This document shows, in pieces, positions 18,830 to 29,778 of a DNA stretch of 40,151 bases. How positions within the stretch are numbered: the stretch's first letter is position 1; the number at the start of each line of letters is the position of its first letter. Below the pieces are notes generated by a model, which was not told the origin of the DNA, ran no database searches, and saw only the letters and a program-made list of their open reading frames with translations. A program made the translations under genes and the position numbers. The stretch lies in sequence record SRR22947727_609; one strand, given 5' to 3'.

Positions 18830-19489
18830 GTGGTGACAACAGACTCGGAACAGTACCGTCAGGACTTCATTCGCTTAGCCCTTGCTTGCAACGTATTGCA
18901 GTTCGGCGAATTCGAGTTGAAGTCGGGCCGCCTGAGCCCTTATTTTTTTAATGCGGGTCAATTTGCGACGGGATCATCGCTGGCTCAGCTTGGCAGGTGC
19001 TATGCGGCTGCCTTCCAGGCGGCCAATTTGCCAGCTGACATGTTATTTGGACCGGCTTATAAAGGCATTCCCTTGGTTGCAACTACCGCGATTGCGCTGG
19101 CGGATCATCATGGTGTGGAGATGCCATTTGCCTTTAATCGTAAGGAAGCTAAAGCGCACGGAGAAGGTGGCAAGGTGGTCGGTGCGCCGTTAGCGGGTGA
19201 CGTGCTCATCGTCGATGATGTGATGACAGCCGGGACAGCCATTAAAGAGTCAATGGCGATTTTGGCGGCGGCGGGTGCAACGGGTGCCGGTGTGTTGATT
19301 GGCCTTGATCGCTGCGAGCGCGGCGAGGGGGCGCTCTCTGCTGTACAGCAAGTTCAGCAAGATTGGGGGCTGAAGGTAATCAGCGTCATCTCCCTTCATG
19401 ACATTATCGACTGGGTTGAGGGCAACCCCGAAGCGATTAAATACCGCGACGCGCTGCAGCGCTACCGGGACCGTTACGTTTATTCGTAA
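18830..19489 (+). CDS. pyrE: Orotate phosphoribosyltransferase
   Basis: [48 protein letters not shown]. Confidence 0.97.
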   Translation: MVTTDSEQYRQDFIRLALACNVLQFGEFELKSGRLSPYFFNAGQFATGSSLAQLGRCYAAAFQAANLPADMLFGPAYKGIPLVATTAIALADHHGVEMPFAFNRKEAKAHGEGGKVVGAPLAGDVLIVDDVMTAGTAIKESMAILAAAGATGAGVLIGLDRCERGEGALSAVQQVQQDWGLKVISVISLHDIIDWVEGNPEAIKYRDALQRYRDRYVYS

Positions 19490-19659
19490 CGCAACTAATA
19501 CCCTGTTGCGCTTGTGTGTAAGCCAAAAAGAGCCGAGAGCCGATGGACCCTCAGTAAAGGCCACCTTGAGCAGCGCTTTTTTACCGAACGGCACCTTAGT
19601 GGGGGGCAAAGCGCGGTGATGACGACGTCTGCCCAAGTCTGACCCTGTTGGACGATGAC

Positions 19660-20277
19660 TTAGCGGTTGGGCGGCACGGTTTGCATGAGATCTGTTCCTA
19701 GCCATTCCCACTGATCCTGCCAATGGTCGGTGGGTCCGCTTTTAAAGCCACTGCGACAAAATTGATGCACGCGCCCTTCCGCGAACGCCATCATCATGTT
19801 GGCTGAGGTGTTGACAGGCAGTCGAGGTCGACGCCCTTCCCGCAATTCAGCTTCCCTCAAATATTGTCGCAGTTGGGTTTCGAGACGCTCGTAGAGCTGT
19901 GCGATTCGGTGATGAAGTTGCCGCGACTCCCCCGTCAGCGCGCCGCCGGTCAGCAGCCGACTAATCCCGTGGTTTTTCTCGCAAAACTCTAAATACAGTC
20001 GCACCAAGGCGCGACATTGCTCGACCGCACTCAGAGACTCCTCGCTAATCCGCCCGATGCGCACAAAGAGCGTTTCTTCTGCGAAAGTAATCAACGCTTC
20101 AAACATTTTAGTTTTGGAGGGAAAGTGCCGATAAAGAGCCGCCTCCGAGACGCCGACAGCCACCGCAATTTTTGCGGTGGTGATCTTATTATCAGGCGTT
20201 GCCTCGAGCATTGCTGCCAAGGCTTGCAGTATCTGTTCTCTGCGGTCGGGTGCTTTACTCTGGGTTGCGTCGGCCAT
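19660..20277 (-). CDS. slmA: Nucleoid occlusion factor SlmA (TetR family)
   Basis: RREQILQALAAMLE, ITTAKIA, VGVSEAALYRHFPSKTKMFEALI, RSGFK. Confidence 0.93.
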   Translation of the reverse strand: MADATQSKAPDRREQILQALAAMLEATPDNKITTAKIAVAVGVSEAALYRHFPSKTKMFEALITFAEETLFVRIGRISEESLSAVEQCRALVRLYLEFCEKNHGISRLLTGGALTGESRQLHHRIAQLYERLETQLRQYLREAELREGRRPRLPVNTSANMMMAFAEGRVHQFCRSGFKSGPTDHWQDQWEWLGTDLMQTVPPNR

Positions 20278-20350
20278 GCGTTACTGCAGTTTGGATTGAG
20301 CCTTGATGCTAAAGAGTCACGCGCGTCGGTGCAAACGGTCGTCGGCGGAT

Positions 20351-21337
<987 letters not shown>

Positions 21338-22558
21338 TTAGCCTGATGTTGGGCTTGTTGAACCAAGGTGATGTGCGACCAGGCTAATAATGCGCTCCGC
21401 AATCACCTGCTTGGTTGCCAGCGGCAAATAATGCGCTTCATGCTCACTGATCAGGTGTACCGCGTTTTGGTCAGAGCCAAAGGTGATCTCCGGATCGCTG
21501 ACATCATTGGCAACGATATAGTCCAGCCCTTTTCGGTGTCGTTTTTCACGAGCATGAGCGATGAGTTCAGTTGTCTCGGCCGCGAAGCCGATGACGAGGG
21601 TAGGCCGCTGCGCCAGTGCTGCCACAGCGGCAACGATGTCGGGGTTTTGGACGAGTGAGATCACCCGGTTTTCCCCCGCTGTTTTTTTTAGTTTCTCCGG
21701 TGCAGAGGACTCGGGTCGGTAATCGGCCACCGCCGCCGCACCGATAAAGATATCGGCGTTTGGTGCACAGCGCAGTGCGGCATCATGCATCTCGATCGCG
21801 CTGGTCACCGGCACCCTTTCGACCCGGTTTGGAGGGGTTAAGGTGACCGGACCCGTGATTAAGGTAACCCGTGCACCGGCGTCAGCACAGGCGCGAGCCA
21901 ACGCGTAGCCCATTTTTCCTGAGCTATGGTTGCTGAGATAACGCACAGGGTCGATCGCTTCAACCGTGGGTCCCGCTGTGATCACCACGTGCTTGCCTTC
22001 CAGTAGACGTGATTCAAAGTTTTCGGCGAGTGCGCTCGCGATCGCGTCTGGCTCGAGGAGACGCCCAGGGCCCACATCACCACAGGCCTGTTCCCCCGCA
22101 TCGGGACCGATAATTTGAATACCCCGACCGACCAGTTGCCTAAGGTTATCTTGGGTCGCTTCGTTAGCCCACATCTGTTGGTTCATTGCCGGCGCCACGG
22201 CGACTGGCGCGGGTGTGGCCAGGGCGACCGTGGTCAGTAAGTCGTCTGCTCTGCCTTGAGCGAGTCTGGCGATCACATCTGCCGTTCCTGGGGCGATCAC
22301 CACCAGATCTGCCCAGCGGGCCAGCTCAATGTGGCCCATACCGGCTTCGGCCGTTTCATCAAGCAGCTCGCTGTGCGTCGGTTCGCCAGACAAAGCTTGC
22401 AACGTGAGCGGCGTGATAAACTCCTTAGCACCCCGCGACAGGATCACCCGGACAACGGCTCCCTGTTTTTTGAGCAGACGCACGAGCTCTGCGCCTTTAT
22501 AAGCCGCGATACCCCCACTGATGGCCACTAGAATGTGCCGCTGGTGCAACAGACCCAT
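21338..22558 (-). CDS. coaBC: Phosphopantothenoylcysteine decarboxylase/synthase
   Basis: [66 protein letters not shown]; start reassigned to ATG 22558 with GAGG RBS. Confidence 0.97.
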   Translation of the reverse strand: MGLLHQRHILVAISGGIAAYKGAELVRLLKKQGAVVRVILSRGAKEFITPLTLQALSGEPTHSELLDETAEAGMGHIELARWADLVVIAPGTADVIARLAQGRADDLLTTVALATPAPVAVAPAMNQQMWANEATQDNLRQLVGRGIQIIGPDAGEQACGDVGPGRLLEPDAIASALAENFESRLLEGKHVVITAGPTVEAIDPVRYLSNHSSGKMGYALARACADAGARVTLITGPVTLTPPNRVERVPVTSAIEMHDAALRCAPNADIFIGAAAVADYRPESSAPEKLKKTAGENRVISLVQNPDIVAAVAALAQRPTLVIGFAAETTELIAHAREKRHRKGLDYIVANDVSDPEITFGSDQNAVHLISEHEAHYLPLATKQVIAERIISLVAHHLGSTSPTSG

Positions 22559-22643
22559 CGGTTCCACCTCGTTGCTGACGTGCCAGCACACTAGCATTTG
22601 CAGGGGTTTTTGCACACTTCAATGGCCTCTGCCCCCAGATGGC

Positions 22644-22672
22644 TTGCACCGTCAATGGCCCTCTGGTATAAA
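22644..22672 (+). promoter_or_regulatory. Sigma70 promoter of rpmB-rpmG with GC-rich discriminator
   Basis: TTGCAC-17 nt-TATAAA followed by ACGCGCCC, 34 nt upstream of the rpmB ATG. Confidence 0.7.
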
Positions 22673-22706
22673 ACGCGCCCTTTTGTTTATCTTCACGGGT
22701 AGTCTC

Positions 22707-22943
22707 ATGTCACGTGTCTGTCAGGTTACGGGTAAGCGTCCCGCAACCGGTAACAACGTTTCCCACGCAAAGAACCGCACTAAGCGCCGGTTCCTGCCAA
22801 ATTTACACAACCACCGTTTCTGGGTGGAAAGTGAGAACCGTTTTGTATCGTTACGGCTCACCTCTAAAGGAATGCGCATTATCGATAAGCGCGGAATTGA
22901 TGTTGTGTTGGCCGAGTTGCGCGCCCGCGGCGAGAAGGTTTGA
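22707..22943 (+). CDS. rpmB: 50S ribosomal protein L28
   Basis: [28 protein letters not shown]; 78 aa. Confidence 0.98.
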   Translation: MSRVCQVTGKRPATGNNVSHAKNRTKRRFLPNLHNHRFWVESENRFVSLRLTSKGMRIIDKRGIDVVLAELRARGEKV

Positions 22944-22953
22944 GGAGTTAACA

Positions 22954-23109
22954 ATGCGTGAAAAGATTCGAATGAATTCAACGGCGGGTACAGGGCATTT
23001 CTACACGACTGACAAGAATAAGCGCACCATGCCGGATAAGCTTGAAATGAAAAAGTATGATCCGGTCGCGCGAAAGCACGTCATTTATAAAGAAGCCAAA
23101 ATTAAGTAA
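22954..23109 (+). CDS. rpmG: 50S ribosomal protein L33
   Basis: [24 protein letters not shown]...[28 protein letters not shown]; 51 aa. Confidence 0.98.
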   Translation: MREKIRMNSTAGTGHFYTTDKNKRTMPDKLEMKKYDPVARKHVIYKEAKIK

Positions 23110-23133
23110 GTGCCATGCACGGCTCAACACTCG

Positions 23134-23164
23134 AAACCCCGGCGCTTGGCCGGGGTTTTTGTTT
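23134..23164 (+). terminator. Rho-independent terminator of rpmB-rpmG
   Basis: AAACCCCGGC-GCTTG-GCCGGGGTTT followed by TTGTTT. Confidence 0.9.
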
Positions 23165-23244
23165 AGGCCTCAGGTTGTCATGAGCGTCCCCACCGTCACG
23201 TTTATAGCCAGCAAGGGGCGCTATTTGCGCTGTCCTCACGGAAT

Positions 23245-24054
23245 ATGCCTGAACTTCCAGAAGTAGAGACCACGTGCCGCGGGATTGCGCCTCACATCAC
23301 CTCGCGAGTGATTGCCCAAGTCATCGTTCGCGAGCCAAGGTTGCGTTGGCCGGTGCCCCCCGCACTGAACAACCTTTTGGTGGGCGCGCACTTCCTGGGC
23401 GTCGGCCGGCGAGCGAAATATCTTCTGCTTGAAACCAACCGGGGCACACTGATGGTCCACTTGGGCATGTCGGGCAGCTTGCGGCTGATGCCGGCTGATA
23501 CTCCGCCGATGTTTCACGATCATATTGATATTGTGCTCGATAATGGATGGTGCTTGCGCTACCACGACCCGCGACGCTTTGGCAGCTTCCACTGGTTGCA
23601 AAGTGCGTCTCATCCCTTATTGGACTCACTGGGGCCTGAGCCGCTATCTGACGCATTCAATGGCCATTATTTATATGAGCAGTCTCGCAAGCGGCAGGTG
23701 TCCATCAAACAGTTCGTTATGAATGGCAAAGTGGTTGTTGGCGTCGGTAATATCTATGCTAATGAAGCTTTATTTATGGCGGGTATTCACCCCGCACGGG
23801 CGGCAGGCCGCATTGCGGCGGCGCGTTACGACGTGCTTGCGACCACGATTAAGCAAGTGCTGGGGGATGCTATTGACCTTGGGGGTACCACCCTAAGAGA
23901 TTTTGTCGGCGGCGACGGCGCACCGGGCTATTTTGCGCAACAGCTCCGCGTTTATGGCCGAGGCGGACAGCCGTGCCGAGTCTGTGGCGCATCGCTGCGA
24001 GAAATACGTCAAGGTGGGAGAGCCACGGTACTCTGCGCTAAGTGCCAGCGTTAG
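23245..24054 (+). CDS. mutM: Formamidopyrimidine-DNA glycosylase
   Basis: [41 protein letters not shown]-terminal CRVC...CAKCQ zinc finger. Confidence 0.98.
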   Translation: MPELPEVETTCRGIAPHITSRVIAQVIVREPRLRWPVPPALNNLLVGAHFLGVGRRAKYLLLETNRGTLMVHLGMSGSLRLMPADTPPMFHDHIDIVLDNGWCLRYHDPRRFGSFHWLQSASHPLLDSLGPEPLSDAFNGHYLYEQSRKRQVSIKQFVMNGKVVVGVGNIYANEALFMAGIHPARAAGRIAAARYDVLATTIKQVLGDAIDLGGTTLRDFVGGDGAPGYFAQQLRVYGRGGQPCRVCGASLREIRQGGRATVLCAKCQR

Positions 24055-24097
24055 CCTCCTGCGCTTGATGGGGTAGTCAGTGACGCTGGTGGGGGGC

Positions 24098-24592
<495 letters not shown>

Positions 24593-24648
24593 TTATGCCG
24601 AATCGCCAGACTACACAACTCTAGAGAGGCGAACAAACGGTGACATGC

Positions 24649-25230
24649 TTATGCCGACCGATATCGCAGAAGCCGGAAGCACACATCGCCCGCTGTCTTT
24701 TCACGATAGATCTCATAGCGCTGTTCCGGGACCATTTCAGGTGCCGAGCGTCGTGTTTCAAAGTACACCAGACCGTCGTCTTGCAGGCACTGTGAGGCGG
24801 CAAGACGGTTGAGGAGACCATTACCGAGGCCCGCTTCAAAAGGGGGGTCAATAAAAATAATGTCCCATCGGGCATCCTCAGTGAGTACCTTGTCTGCCGC
24901 GCACTTGTGCAGCGTCGCCCGGTCATGGGCACCCAATGAGCGCAGGCTTTGTCCAATGGCGTCAATGGCGTCCTGATCCGTATCGACAAAATCGCAGCGC
25001 TGCGCGCCGCGAGACAACGCCTCGATTCCCAGCGCGCCTGATCCGGCGAATACATCGAGACAGTGGGCGCCCTCCACCACGGGTGCCAGCCAGTTGAATA
25101 GTGTCTCCCGTACCCGATCAGCGGTGGGCCTCAGGCTGATCTTACTCGGGAAGCTGAGCTTGCGACCACGCCACTCTCCGCCGATGACACGAACTTGTGG
25201 TTTAACCGGTGGGCGGTCACGTTGACTCAT
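24649..25230 (-). CDS. rsmD: 16S rRNA m2G966 methyltransferase
   Basis: VRVIGGEWRGRKL, LRPTADRVRETLFNWL, DVFAGSGALGIEALSRGA, FIDPPF. Confidence 0.96.
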   Translation of the reverse strand: MSQRDRPPVKPQVRVIGGEWRGRKLSFPSKISLRPTADRVRETLFNWLAPVVEGAHCLDVFAGSGALGIEALSRGAQRCDFVDTDQDAIDAIGQSLRSLGAHDRATLHKCAADKVLTEDARWDIIFIDPPFEAGLGNGLLNRLAASQCLQDDGLVYFETRRSAPEMVPEQRYEIYREKTAGDVCFRLLRYRSA

Positions 25231-25328
25231 GCTGGTACCTCATTTTTGGAATGCTAGACTATCTCTGCGGCAGGATCGAGAGCGTCCCCACCGCCTAGTC
25301 AGACCCGCCTAATTGAGAAAGATGAATC

Positions 25329-26441
25329 ATGAAGCTATTCAAGCGTCGCGCCAAGACTGAGTCTGGGTCGGAACCCGAGGATCGGGACGTCTTAGCGGGC
25401 GAGCCGTCCCCAGAGGCTGCCGCCGTGCCGGCAGCGCCGCAGGAGGAGTCAGCAGCAAGCCCGTCTGTTGCCGCGGATCACCGGGGTGAAGCACTCGATG
25501 CCAAACCGGCTGAGACCGCTGAGCCTGGCATGTTTGAGCGGTTACGGACAGGGTTGGGCCGCAGTCGCACTCAGCTATCAGAGGGTTTGGCCAGTCTGGT
25601 TTTGGGAAAAAAGCAGCTCGACCCTGCGCTGATGGAGGCGCTTGAAGAGCAGTTGATCATGGCTGATATGGGTCTTGAGGCCACTGCGCGGGTGCTCGAG
25701 CTTTTGCGTCAGCGTCTTGATCGGAAGTCGCTGTCAGCTGCGGAAACCGTCATGTCTGCCTTAAAAGAGACCCTCGTGGAGTTGCTGATCGATCAAGAAC
25801 TACCGCTAAAAGTAGAGGGCCACCGTCCTTTCGTCATCTTGGTTGTGGGGGTTAATGGCGCGGGCAAAACAACCACCATTGGTAAATTGGCCCACCGATA
25901 TCAGCAACAGGGCCGCAGTGTCATGCTGGCTGCGGGTGATACTTTCCGGGCCGCAGCGGTTGAGCAGCTTGAGGCGTGGGGTCAGCGACACGATGTGCCT
26001 GTGATCGCGCAGCACACGGGTGCTGATAGTGCGTCAGTGCTTTACGATGCGCTGCAAGCGGCCTCCGCAAGAGGGGTTGATGTTTTGATCGCCGATACGG
26101 CAGGGCGGTTACAAAATAAATCCCATCTTATGGATGAGTTGGCGAAAGTGGTCAGAGTCATGCGTAAGCAAAACCCGGCGGTGCCACACGAAACACTCTT
26201 AGTGTTGGACGCGGGAACCGGTCAGAACGCGGTCTCGCAGGCTGTCGAATTCGACCAGACCATTGGTGTCACGGGGGTTGCCGTGACGAAGCTAGATGGT
26301 ACCGCCAGGGGCGGCGTGCTGTTTGCGATTGCGAATAAACTCAAGCGCCCGATCCGCTTTATTGGAATCGGTGAGCAAGCGGAAGATTTGCGCGACTTTT
26401 CCGCTCAAGATTTTGTGGATGGACTACTCGATGATCAGTAG
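25329..26441 (+). CDS. ftsY: Signal recognition particle receptor FtsY
   Basis: GVNGAGKTTT, AAGDTFRAAA, DTAGRLQ, TKLDGTARGG; short acidic N-terminal region. Confidence 0.97.
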   Translation: MKLFKRRAKTESGSEPEDRDVLAGEPSPEAAAVPAAPQEESAASPSVAADHRGEALDAKPAETAEPGMFERLRTGLGRSRTQLSEGLASLVLGKKQLDPALMEALEEQLIMADMGLEATARVLELLRQRLDRKSLSAAETVMSALKETLVELLIDQELPLKVEGHRPFVILVVGVNGAGKTTTIGKLAHRYQQQGRSVMLAAGDTFRAAAVEQLEAWGQRHDVPVIAQHTGADSASVLYDALQAASARGVDVLIADTAGRLQNKSHLMDELAKVVRVMRKQNPAVPHETLLVLDAGTGQNAVSQAVEFDQTIGVTGVAVTKLDGTARGGVLFAIANKLKRPIRFIGIGEQAEDLRDFSAQDFVDGLLDDQ

Positions 26442-26453
26442 TGAGCAGGCCTG

Positions 26454-27116
26454 ATGATTGAGTTCGACCGCGTTAGCCGTCGTTTTGGGCAGCAGGATGC
26501 ACTGCGGAATCTGAATTTACGGATCGATAATGGTGAAATGGCGTTGCTCACGGGCCACTCTGGGGCAGGCAAAAGTACGTTATTGCGGCTCTTATTGTTA
26601 CTGGATCGGCCCACTGGCGGTCAGATTCTTGTCGAGGGGCAATCCACCGAGCAGATCAAAGGGGCTGCGGTAGGCCGTTATCGACGTCGGTTTGGCGTGG
26701 TATTCCAAGAACACCGGCTGCTATTCGACCGGAATGTTCGCGATAATGTCGCGTTACCTCTTGAAATAGCGGGGTTTTCTCCCCAAGAAGCGAATCGAAG
26801 GGTGCGGGCAGCACTGGATAAGGTGGGACTGTTAGCAAAAGAGCGAGCGGATCCGAATGCACTCTCGGGCGGGGAGCAGCAGCGGGTAGCGATTGCACGG
26901 GCGGTGGTAGCGCGCCCGGAGTTTTTGATTGCAGATGAGCCCACAGGGAACCTCGATCCAACGCTCTCTGCTGAAATCATGACGTTGTTTGAAGCCTTCA
27001 ACCAAGTGGGGGTCACCGTGCTGGTGGCAACGCACGACGTGTCATTGATCGAACGATCTCGTCATCCCTTGATGACGCTCGCAGCGGGACAATTAACGCA
27101 GGGAGAGCCCGCGTGA
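26454..27116 (+). CDS. ftsE: Cell division ATP-binding protein FtsE
   Basis: [36 protein letters not shown]; ftsY-E-X order. Confidence 0.95.
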   Translation: MIEFDRVSRRFGQQDALRNLNLRIDNGEMALLTGHSGAGKSTLLRLLLLLDRPTGGQILVEGQSTEQIKGAAVGRYRRRFGVVFQEHRLLFDRNVRDNVALPLEIAGFSPQEANRRVRAALDKVGLLAKERADPNALSGGEQQRVAIARAVVARPEFLIADEPTGNLDPTLSAEIMTLFEAFNQVGVTVLVATHDVSLIERSRHPLMTLAAGQLTQGEPA

Positions 27117-28075
27117 CGCAGTCCCAGAAACGGGACACGGAGCGATGGGGCCCTTGGGCGGCTTGGCGCGCACAGCACCGCGCTGCCGCCAATAATAGCT
27201 GGCAAAAACTGGTTATGCAGCCGGCCGTGACGAGTGTCACCTGGTTGGTGATTGCCATTTCATTAGCATTACCTAGCACGCTGCTGCTGACTTTAGACAA
27301 CCTGAGCGCCGTCGCGAGGGGTGTTGATCGGCCGTCACAATTATCGGTGTTGTTGACCGGCGATAGCGAGTTGGCGGTGGCGGAGCAGTTACAGCGCACC
27401 CTGAAGAACTGGTCAGAGATTGATGATGTTGTGCTGTTAGATCGAGAGCTGGCCTTGTCTCAGTTCCTTCAGCAGACCGATTTGGCGGCGGTAGTGGGAT
27501 CGCTAGCACGCAACCCGCTACCCCACACGCTGATCGTGATGCCGGTGCACGCCGCGTCGGAGACCGTTATGACGGCGCTCAGTCAGCGCTTGCAGGAGCA
27601 GCCGCGTGTGGATCGAGTGATTGTTGATACGCGCTGGGTCGCGCGCTTAGAGACGGCATTGCAGGCGGGATGGCGTTGGGTGCTGGGTTTAGGGGTGGTG
27701 ATGCTGATGGGAGCGGTGTTGGTGTTGGGTAATACCTTGCGCTTGGCCATTGAAGCCCGCAAAGACGAAATTTTAGTGGTGCATCTTATCGGTGGTTCAC
27801 CGGCATTTGCGCGACGGCCCTTTTTGTACCTGGGACTGTTTTATGGCGTAGGCGGGGGTCTGATGGCTGCGCTGTTGCTCGGGGTGATGACGTGGTGGAT
27901 GACAGGGCCGGTGAACACGTTATTTGTGTTGTATGACAGTCCTCAAAAAATGGGCGTACCCGGCGTGCTTTACCCGATCAGCTTGATTGCGCTAGGTGGA
28001 TCGCTCGGGTTATTGAGTACTTGGCTGGCCGCAGGGCGCTATTTTCGCCAATTAGTGTCGCGCTCCTCCCCGTAA
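27113..28075 (+). CDS. ftsX: Cell division permease FtsX
   Basis: Four TM segments, NPLP, GNTLRL, RKDEILV, FARRPFLYLG; GTGA overlap with ftsE. Confidence 0.93.
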   Translation: MTQSQKRDTERWGPWAAWRAQHRAAANNSWQKLVMQPAVTSVTWLVIAISLALPSTLLLTLDNLSAVARGVDRPSQLSVLLTGDSELAVAEQLQRTLKNWSEIDDVVLLDRELALSQFLQQTDLAAVVGSLARNPLPHTLIVMPVHAASETVMTALSQRLQEQPRVDRVIVDTRWVARLETALQAGWRWVLGLGVVMLMGAVLVLGNTLRLAIEARKDEILVVHLIGGSPAFARRPFLYLGLFYGVGGGLMAALLLGVMTWWMTGPVNTLFVLYDSPQKMGVPGVLYPISLIALGGSLGLLSTWLAAGRYFRQLVSRSSP

Positions 28076-28094
28076 AATTGGTAATTTTTTGGGT

Positions 28095-28121
28095 TTAGCA
28101 CTCTCGGGGTGAGAGTGCTAA
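28095..28121 (+). promoter_or_regulatory. CIRCE element (HrcA operator) upstream of rpoH
   Basis: TTAGCACTC-TCGGGGTGA-GAGTGCTAA is an exact match to TTAGCACTC-N9-GAGTGCTAA, 32 nt before the rpoH ATG. Confidence 0.93.
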
Positions 28122-28153
28122 AATAAGGCCGTGAGCCTATAGGAGGCTAGAAA

Positions 28154-29029
28154 ATGACTGAGACAAAGCGCGCATTAGCCGTACCCAATAGTGCCATCCT
28201 GAATATGGCGCCAGGCGCTAATTTATCGGCGTACGTGCAGGCCGTCAGTGGCATTGCACTGCTGTCGCCAGAGCGTGAGAAGGAGTTGGCTGAGCGTTTG
28301 TTTTATGAGGAGTGTGTTGACTCTGCGAGAGAGTTAGTACTTGCTCACCTGCGCTTTGTGGTGCATATCGCGCGGAGCTATTCTGGGTATGGTCTGGCAG
28401 AGGCAGATCTCATTCAGGAGGGCAACGTTGGCCTGATGAAAGCAGTAAAGCGTTTTGATCCCACCAAAGGCGTGCGGCTTGTGTCGTTTGCGGTGCATTG
28501 GATTAAGGCGGAAATGCATGAATATATTTTGCGCAACTGGCGTATCGTCAAAGTGGCCACGACCAAGGCCCAGCGTAAGTTGTTTTTTAATCTTCGCAGC
28601 CAAAAGAAAACCTTGGATTGGCTTTCGGCCGAGGAAACCCGGACCATTGCGGCTGATTTAGGGGTCGATGTGACTGAAGTGACGCGCATGGAAGGGCGCC
28701 TAGCTAGCCGTGACGTGGCATTTGATGCGCCGACAGACAGTGATGATGAGGACGTTTGGCAGGCGCCACAACATTTTCTGAAAGACGAACAGGCGGATCC
28801 AGGTCAGGTCGTTGAAGCCGCAGAGTTTGCTGAGGACGGCGCTGCCCGGCTTCATGTGGCGCTGACAGATCTGGATGGCCGTAGTCGAGACATCCTTGAG
28901 CGACGCTGGTTGGTCGATGATAAGGCGACATTGCATGAACTGGCCGCTGAATATGACGTGTCGGCGGAGCGGATTCGGCAGCTCGAAGCGAATGCATTGA
29001 AAAAGCTGCGTACCGCACTGGTCGCGTAA
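28154..29029 (+). CDS. rpoH: RNA polymerase heat-shock sigma factor sigma32
   Basis: DLIQEGNVGLMKAVKRFDP, RpoH box QRKLFFNLR, VSAERIRQLE; AGGAGG RBS. Confidence 0.98.
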   Translation: MTETKRALAVPNSAILNMAPGANLSAYVQAVSGIALLSPEREKELAERLFYEECVDSARELVLAHLRFVVHIARSYSGYGLAEADLIQEGNVGLMKAVKRFDPTKGVRLVSFAVHWIKAEMHEYILRNWRIVKVATTKAQRKLFFNLRSQKKTLDWLSAEETRTIAADLGVDVTEVTRMEGRLASRDVAFDAPTDSDDEDVWQAPQHFLKDEQADPGQVVEAAEFAEDGAARLHVALTDLDGRSRDILERRWLVDDKATLHELAAEYDVSAERIRQLEANALKKLRTALVA

Positions 29030-29055
29030 GTTCTCTCTCTCGCAACCCGCCCCAG

Positions 29056-29748
29056 GTGGTACCTCCCGAGCGCTTAGTCGCGAACAGGATCCGCAGCTTT
29101 GTGATGCGCGCTGGGCGCATGACGCCCAGCCAGTTGCGCGGCTGGGAAAAAGGTTTTCCGTTATTGGGCCTTGCGGTGGATGCCGGACCGTTAGAGTGGG
29201 ATACCACCTTTGGTTTTGCGGGCAGACGCGTTGTCGAAGTGGGATTTGGTATGGGGGACAGCCTCCTGCAAATGGCCGAGGCCGATGCCACGACGCAATT
29301 CATTGGTATTGAGGTCCACCGCCCTGGGGTGGGTCGCCTTTTGGCTCAGGCGTTGACGGCGGAGGTCAATAATCTTCGTGTTTACGCGGAAGATGCCGTC
29401 GAAGTACTCACGCACTGTCTGGCTTCTGAGTCGGTTGACGCATTTCACGTCTTTTTTCCTGATCCCTGGCATAAAAAAAAGCACCACAAGCGCCGGTTGA
29501 TTCAAAGTGATTTCGTTAGGCAGTTATCAGCACGACTCCGACCGGGCGGTTGCCTGCATCTTGCAACGGACTGGGCGCCTTACGTTGAGCATATGTTCGA
29601 CGTGCTAGAAGCAGAGCCTACTTTGCTCAACACTCACGGTCCTCGCAGGGCGGTCTCTAGACCGGACTATCGTCCACTAACAAAATTTGAGGCCCGGGGT
29701 GAGCGACTGGGGCACGGCGTATGGGACCTGATTTATCACCGCCAATAA
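29056..29748 (+). CDS. trmB: tRNA (guanine-N7)-methyltransferase
   Basis: IRSFVMRAGRMT, EVGFGMG, GIEVH, FFPDPWHKKKHHKRRL, ATDW, TKFEARG. Confidence 0.96.
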   Translation: MVPPERLVANRIRSFVMRAGRMTPSQLRGWEKGFPLLGLAVDAGPLEWDTTFGFAGRRVVEVGFGMGDSLLQMAEADATTQFIGIEVHRPGVGRLLAQALTAEVNNLRVYAEDAVEVLTHCLASESVDAFHVFFPDPWHKKKHHKRRLIQSDFVRQLSARLRPGGCLHLATDWAPYVEHMFDVLEAEPTLLNTHGPRRAVSRPDYRPLTKFEARGERLGHGVWDLIYHRQ

Positions 29749-29778
29749 CACTATCGCCATCACTTCATCGATATGACG

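Noticed and set aside
28704..29303. 199-aa minus-strand ORF and the many other antisense or alternate-frame ORFs
   Set aside because: Shadow ORFs of well-conserved genes with no family motifs
28333..29411. Near-matches to the SlmA-binding site (GTTAGTACTTGC, CGAAGTACTCAC)
   Set aside because: Mismatches at conserved positions and both lie inside coding sequence
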